36,872 nt of DNA. Source: Oligosphaeraceae bacterium. GTDB lineage: Bacteria; Verrucomicrobiota; Lentisphaeria; Oligosphaerales; Oligosphaeraceae. Shown here in pieces: positions 34,824-36,872 of this stretch (positions within the stretch are counted from its first letter, which is position 1; each line of letters opens with the position of its first letter). The notes beneath the pieces are model-generated. The model searched no databases and was not told where the DNA came from. It saw only the letters and a list, made by a program, of their open reading frames with translations. The stretch is taken from assembly GCA_012515455.1 (NCBI GenBank), contig JAAYYJ010000293.1:1-36872 (forward strand), given 5' to 3'. The position numbers and the translations under genes were made by a program.

Positions 34824-35911
34824 TTCCTGTTCGCCTCCGGGAGATAAAATTGGATAATTGAGACCAGTGCCAGTAGTGCGCCAGTATGAGCGAAGACCAG
34901 GCAGACCCCGGCTGGGGGCAGCCACAGCAGGGTCACCGCGCTGGCCCCGGCGATAAAGCAGAGCAGGCAGACCAGCAATACCGCATAACCGCGCGACAGC
35001 CCGAGATTGACAAAGCGGTGCGAGATATGCCGGTTGTCGCCCACATAGACCGGCAGGTGCAGCCGCAGCCGCAGCACGACCACGGCAGCAGCGTCAAAAA
35101 GCGGTATGGCCAGCACCAGCAGCGGTATCAGCACCGGGGTAGCGGTGGGGCTCTCGCCCGGCATGTAGTAGGTAGTCAGAATCGCCAGCACTGCCAGGCA
35201 GTAGCCCAGAAAATGACTGCCGCCATCACCCATGAAAATCTTGGCCGGCGGACGGTTGTGAGCCAGGAAGCCCAACGCGCTGCCACCCGCAGCAGCCCCC
35301 AGCATGGCCACAAAATGCTGCCCCCGGATTGATGCCACCAGCACCAGAAACAGACAAGCCAGGGCCGCAGTACCACCTGCCAGGCCGTCCATGTTGTCGA
35401 AAAAATTAAGGGCATTGATAACGGTCAGGGTCCAAAACACCGTCACTGCCCAGGTCAGAACCGGGCAGCTCAAGCCCAGGGTCAGACGCGGCCCCCAGGA
35501 GGCACTCAGCGCCGCCAGCAGGAGCTGGAGCAGGAATTTCCGCCCGGCCGGCATCGCCCAGCGGTCATCCCAGACCCCGAGCGCGGTAAATCCCGCGGCT
35601 ACGGCCGCGAGCAGGAGCAGATTCCCCCATACCGCCTTGATGCCCGGCAGGACGTGGCTGATGTCGGCGGGGAGCAGGTCTTTTCCCAAGCTACTAAGCA
35701 CTATGCCGCCGAGCAGCGTCGCCAGCCAGGCCAGGCACATCGCTATGCCGCCGGCCACCGGGGTAGGCTGGCGGTGCCTCTTATGGGCTTCATGCAAGGG
35801 CATGTCCAGCAGCCCCAGACGCGGGGCCAGCATCCGGCAGATTCCGGTCAAGATTACCGCCAGTACCGTCGCAACCAGCCAGGCGATGCCATACAGTACA
35901 ATCCAGCTCAT
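34820..35911 (-). CDS. GT4-family polyprenyl-phosphate N-acetylhexosamine-1-phosphate transferase (WecA/MraY-like)
   Basis: It is a polytopic membrane protein with the NALNFFDNMDGLAGG motif. I prefer the start at MSWIVLYG (35911), which makes an ATGA overlap with the cmk stop. Confidence 0.8.
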   Translation of the reverse strand: MSWIVLYGIAWLVATVLAVILTGICRMLAPRLGLLDMPLHEAHKRHRQPTPVAGGIAMCLAWLATLLGGIVLSSLGKDLLPADISHVLPGIKAVWGNLLLLAAVAAGFTALGVWDDRWAMPAGRKFLLQLLLAALSASWGPRLTLGLSCPVLTWAVTVFWTLTVINALNFFDNMDGLAGGTAALACLFLVLVASIRGQHFVAMLGAAAGGSALGFLAHNRPPAKIFMGDGGSHFLGYCLAVLAILTTYYMPGESPTATPVLIPLLVLAIPLFDAAAVVVLRLRLHLPVYVGDNRHISHRFVNLGLSRGYAVLLVCLLCFIAGASAVTLLWLPPAGVCLVFAHTGALLALVSIIQFYLPEANRK

Positions 35912-36597
35912 TGCTGCTCCCGGATATATGCGGCCAGCCAATCCGCGACCTCATCCTGGGTGCGGCCATCAGTGTTGACCAGCAGCGCATCAGGCGCGGG
36001 ACGCAACGGCGCCACCGCCCGGCTGCTGTCCAGGTGGTCACGCGCCGCGATTTCAGCGGCCACTGCCGCCAGAGTCGCATCCGCAGCGACCTCACCGCGC
36101 TGGGCAAAACGGCGGCGGGCGCGTTCTTCCGGGCTGGCGGTGATGAAAAACTTAAACCGCGCGTGCGGAAAAATCACGGTGCCGATATCCCGGCCCTCCA
36201 TAATCACGATACCGAGCCGGCTGCACTCCCTTTGGCGGTCCAGCAGCCAAGTCCGCAGGGCAGGGATGCTGGCGACCTGGCTGACCACAGCGGTCACCTC
36301 TGGCGCCCGGAATTCCCCGGGCTGCAGTACTTTTCCATTGAGGCAGAGCTGCAGGGTCTGTTTCGGTCCGGGCTGAAGACGGTAGCGCAAGTCCCAGCCG
36401 GGCAGCAGCTCGAGGATTTTCTCCGGTTGCGTCACGGGGTCCACGCCGGCTTTCAAGACCGCCCAGGCTGCCGCGCGGTACATATCGCCAGTGTTGACAT
36501 AATACCCGCCCAAGCGGTCCGCCAGCATCCGGGCGGCAGTGCTTTTGCCTGAGGCCGCCGGACCATCGATAGCGACTTGGTAGTACTGCGCAGTCAT
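35908..36597 (-). CDS. cmk: Cytidylate kinase
   Basis: 229 aa. It has the P-loop IDGPAASGKST and the motif ..YVNTGDMYRA... Confidence 0.9.
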   Translation of the reverse strand: MTAQYYQVAIDGPAASGKSTAARMLADRLGGYYVNTGDMYRAAAWAVLKAGVDPVTQPEKILELLPGWDLRYRLQPGPKQTLQLCLNGKVLQPGEFRAPEVTAVVSQVASIPALRTWLLDRQRECSRLGIVIMEGRDIGTVIFPHARFKFFITASPEERARRRFAQRGEVAADATLAAVAAEIAARDHLDSSRAVAPLRPAPDALLVNTDGRTQDEVADWLAAYIREQQ

Positions 36598-36872
36598 TTT
36601 TCCGCCGCGGTGGACAATTCTGAAGGACTCTCTTGCGGCAGTTCCGAGCCACTGGCATTCTGTTCCACGGCCGGTGTGCTGCTCAGCCAGTAATGCAGGC
36701 GGACGAAGATGCGCTTGCCGTCAAAAACCGTGATATAGAGCATCAGCCCGATCAGCAAAGCCGCGAAGACATTCTGCAGTATTGAGACCAGCTTAACCGG
36801 CAGGCGTCTGCGGATAATCAGTTCCAGCACCGCATAGGCGATATGTCCGCCGTCGAGCACCGGCAGGGGCAG
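36594..36872 (-). CDS. rseP: RIP metalloprotease RseP / site-2 protease, C-terminal fragment (N-terminus beyond the window end)
   Basis: The reading frame stays open to the window edge and reads ..LPLPVLDGGHIAYAVLELI.., the conserved M50 LDGGH motif. Its stop overlaps the cmk ATG (ATGA). Confidence 0.8.
   Translation of the reverse strand: MPLPVLDGGHIAYAVLELIIRRRLPVKLVSILQNVFAALLIGLMLYITVFDGKRIFVRLHYWLSSTPAVEQNASGSELPQESPSELSTAAEK

Overview
High-GC (roughly 60%) bacterial chromosomal segment, densely packed, mostly housekeeping and envelope genes. The protein architectures suggest a PVC-type diderm (Lentisphaerota, Kiritimatiellota, Verrucomicrobiota or Planctomycetota). These architectures are a SecD/SecF fusion, signal-peptide TPR/coiled-coil giants, QW-repeat alpha/alpha-toroid proteins next to ExbB/ExbD, and a Wzy_C-TPR fusion. 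The taxonomic call is inference only. Two genes are cut by the window edges and are therefore missing from the ORF track: secA (1-2463, minus) and rseP (36594-36872, minus). Recognisable content in order: secA, pyrE, a secreted TPR/coiled-coil protein, and a six-gene minus-strand operon. That operon runs giant TPR/coiled-coil protein, TPR protein, ExbB, ExbD, ExbD, then a membrane-anchored toroid protein. Next come tRNA-Pro(CGG) and a 1.2 kb gene-free gap holding an A/T-richer segment and a 10-copy 55-bp tandem array. After that: an orphan beta-ketoacyl synthase with dinB, an HpcH-type aldolase, a secreted protein, a GH88/GH105 hydrolase, and a secreted EF-hand protein. Then coaC (stand-alone), gmk, an O-antigen-ligase-like/TPR fusion, yajC, secDF and hrpB. 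A three-gene operon follows (dual-thioredoxin protein, secreted toroid protein, alkaline-phosphatase-superfamily protein), then nadC, a WecA/MraY-like GT4 transferase, cmk and rseP. No CRISPR, cas, integrase, transposase or rRNA was seen. The most interesting unexplained items are (i) the ExbB/ExbD/ExbD operon, whose partners are not TonB/TolA-like, and (ii) the 55-bp tandem array beside tRNA-Pro. Hand-derived coordinates for non-CDS features may be off by 1-2 nt.
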